In this document: positions 43,911 through 45,908 of the stretch, in pieces
Layout of the letters: each line of letters starts with the position of its first letter
Numbering within the stretch: the first letter of the stretch is position 1
DNA from: a virus
Lineage: Duplodnaviria; Caudoviricetes
Direction: 5' to 3' (one strand)
Length of the DNA: 45,908 nt
Virus record (IMG/VR): IMGVR_UViG_3300044454_000098
Coordinates: 1 to 45,908 of that record
The notes under the pieces: generated by a model
Seen by the model: the letters and a program-made list of their open reading frames with translations, nothing else
The model's database searches: none
Told to the model about the DNA's origin: nothing
Position numbers and translations under genes: made by a program

Positions 43911-44331
43911 CGATCGCGAAATTGACGTCGAGCGCCACGGACGCCGTGATGTTGAAGCACACCAGGGAGGCCGAGACAGGCACGACCAGGCCGGCCGGGA
44001 ACGTCCAGACGATGCCGACGCCCACCGTGGCCGCGGTATTCGTGCGGCGGTGGTAGTTGGTCGGCGCGGTCGGGCTGGTGGCCCACGTCAGGCTGACCGT
44101 GGTCACGCACGCCGGGTCGTTCGGCTCGTCGCGCTGGAACGTGCTGGTTGTGGCCGGTGTCACGCCCTGGGCGGCGGGCCGGCCAAAGCCGTAGCTCGAG
44201 GCCGTGCCGGTGAGCTGGATCAGCGAGAACTCGAGCACGCGCGCCTTGACGCCGGCGGTCGTGCGCAGCTCACAATTCGCGTTCGCGATCGTGACGTTGC
44301 TGGTGCGGAGTGCAAGGGATGCGAGAGACAT
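43903..44331 (-). CDS. Beta-rich putative decoration protein
   Basis: T/A/V-rich; WTFPAGLVVP. Confidence 0.55.
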   Translation of the reverse strand: MSLASLALRTSNVTIANANCELRTTAGVKARVLEFSLIQLTGTASSYGFGRPAAQGVTPATTSTFQRDEPNDPACVTTVSLTWATSPTAPTNYHRRTNTAATVGVGIVWTFPAGLVVPVSASLVCFNITASVALDVNFAIDE

Positions 44332-44342
44332 AGGGAACCTCT

Positions 44343-44720
44343 TTACGCGGCGTGCGTGATGGTGCCTGCGGTCAGGCTGTAGTTACTGCCACTGTTGATC
44401 GATGTCGAGCTGATGATGATGTCGGTGCCCGACGTGCCTACCGTCAGACCCTGCGCGACCACTGTTCCGGTCGAATCCTTGATGCGTGCCAGGGCGGCCG
44501 TGCCGGAGTTGCCGGCGGCGGCGGTCTTGGGCATGCCATTGAGCGTCAGCACGTCGGCCGCGACCGCACTGGCCGGGTCCGACAGCGTGAACGTGATCAG
44601 CAGCGTGCCATAGGCGGCCGTGTAGACCTCGAGCGTGCCGGCCGCGGGGCCCGCATCGATCGCGTCCCGCACGGCCTGCATGCGGGTGGTCTTGACGGCT
44701 GAGCCGTAATTGACGGCCAT
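44343..44720 (-). CDS. Beta-rich putative decoration/fibre protein
   Basis: AIDAGPAAGTLEVYT...GTAALARIKDS...VGTSGTDI...TITHA. Confidence 0.6.
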   Translation of the reverse strand: MAVNYGSAVKTTRMQAVRDAIDAGPAAGTLEVYTAAYGTLLITFTLSDPASAVAADVLTLNGMPKTAAAGNSGTAALARIKDSTGTVVAQGLTVGTSGTDIIISSTSINSGSNYSLTAGTITHAA

Positions 44721-45068
44721 TTACGCCTCGCTGGACTTGGCGATGTAGTAGAGCGCGGCCACGTCACCGACGGCCGAGGCGCCGCCGGCGGGCAGCGTGA
44801 GTGTCATCGAGCCGTTGTCACCGCCCTTGAGCGGCGAGTCGGGCTCGAACACCGTGAAGCCGCCACTGCAGCCGATGCCGATGGTCTGACCGGCAAAATC
44901 GATGGTCGCGCGCACCGGCGCCGCGGGGACGGCGCCCGAGAACGCGAAGTACGCGCCCGTCAGGACGATGCGGTAGCCGGCGCCAGGCGCGGCGATCGTG
45001 ACCTGGACCTGGGTGTTGGCCGCGGCCGTGGCGACCGAGGCGGTGGCGGGTTGGATTTGAACGTGCAT
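44721..45068 (-). CDS. Beta-rich putative decoration protein
   Basis: RBS AGGAGG; TIAAPGAGYRIVLT...LTLPAGG. Confidence 0.55.
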   Translation of the reverse strand: MHVQIQPATASVATAAANTQVQVTIAAPGAGYRIVLTGAYFAFSGAVPAAPVRATIDFAGQTIGIGCSGGFTVFEPDSPLKGGDNGSMTLTLPAGGASAVGDVAALYYIAKSSEA

Positions 45069-45076
45069 AGGTCCTC

Positions 45077-45900
45077 CTACTGCTCCACTGACTCGCCCTG
45101 GTAGAGCTCACCGGAGGGCGTCTTAATGGCGATCGACTTGGTACGGGGGCGCGTGGCTTCGATCGCCTGCAGCACGGCCTGGTTGGATTGCTGGATGGTG
45201 TTCTGGACACCCTGGACGGCGGCGACGACCGGCGTCAGGTCGAGCGGCTGCTCGCCGGCGTCGTCCTGGGCGTCGGCCGCGACGGTCTGCAGCACCTGGC
45301 CGAGCGTGGCCTGCATTTCGTCGAAGCGCGCCATCAGCTCCTGCAGCACGGGCGCCAGGGCTTGAACCGGGTCGATCTCGGGCTGCTCGGGCTGCACAGG
45401 CTGCGCCTGCTGTGGCGGCAGCGGCTGCAGCGCCGGGTCGGCGTCCATCATCTTGAGCGCGCGCGCCTTCTTCAGGTCGCGCTCGGCCTGGGCGTCGGCC
45501 TGGGCGGCCGGGTCGCTGAGCTGCGCCACCTGGTCCTGCAGCTGCTGCATGGTGGCCTGGGCCTGCACCAGGGCAGCCTTGAGCTGGTCGGGGCTCATGT
45601 CCTCGAGCGCCAGGTCGGAGCTCGCCGGCGGAATGAACTTGTCTACGTCGATGCGCTCGTCGAATATGTGGAACGTCTCGCGCAGCAGCTCGAGGATGCC
45701 GTCGGCCAGGTCGGTCTGCCCGGCGTTGCGGAACTCGACCACCGACATCATGGCTTCCTTGACGATCGGCAGCAGCTGAATCCAGCGGTCCTGTTCCTGC
45801 AGCTTGTTGGTCTTGCCCGACGTGCCGGCCTTGATCTCGAGGCTGACCATTGACAGCGCCTCGTCCATCGAGACTTCCGGCCATACGGCGTCAGGCCCGG
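45077..45900 (-). CDS. Portal protein, C-terminal part
   Basis: Continuous with 1-1645 via the terminal overlap; Q-rich coiled C-terminus. Confidence 0.88.
45775..45900 (+). repeat. Terminal direct repeat, right copy
   Basis: Identical to 1-126. Confidence 0.95.
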
Positions 45901-45908
45901 AAGTCTCG

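Larger units (their letters stand above)
1..45774. mobile_element. Complete temperate podovirus-like phage genome (circular or circularly permuted assembly)
   Basis: Terminal 126-bp overlap; portal ORF in frame across the junction; full set of packaging, head, short-tail, lysis, integrase, cI/cro and replication genes; no host housekeeping genes. Confidence 0.95.

Noticed and set aside
45897-45908. Last 12 nt are the reverse complement of 45869-45880, suggesting a hairpin end
   Set aside because: The final 8 nt depart from the copy at 127 onward and fall mid-portal; most likely a chimeric read or template-switch artefact. No protelomerase was seen.

Overview
The window is a complete, circularly permuted temperate tailed-phage genome. 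The unit length is 45,774 bp, because bases 1-126 recur at 45775-45900, and the portal gene crosses the junction. It is GC-rich and podovirus-like: no tape measure or tail tube, but adaptor, nozzle, a GNAT protein and ejection proteins. The host is probably a beta- or gamma-proteobacterium (inference). The minus strand carries cro, a replication initiator with internal ori, nucleases, terS/terL, portal, decoration-like genes, scaffold, capsid, adaptor/nozzle, ejection proteins, a 2708-aa polyvalent protein (DdrB-ParB, JAB, zeta-toxin kinase and ART domains), a PagP-like barrel, two paralogous tail fibres, lysis genes, a phosphoesterase/DUF3310 cluster, attP and a tyrosine integrase. The plus strand carries cI and the early recombination/accessory operon. 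The most notable signals are four. (1) Five small genes appear overprinted in the +1 frame of the inter-domain linkers of the polyvalent protein, beside its effector domains, and a [VA]xE[DEK][LI]xxY motif recurs at domain boundaries. (2) Three early promoters each carry an AlgR-type box (CCGTTCGTC) and paired repressor-operator-like sites. (3) A four-copy late-promoter motif has a 19-bp spacer. (4) The attP core looks like the 5' end of a tRNA. All family assignments come from motif recognition by eye, not from database searches.
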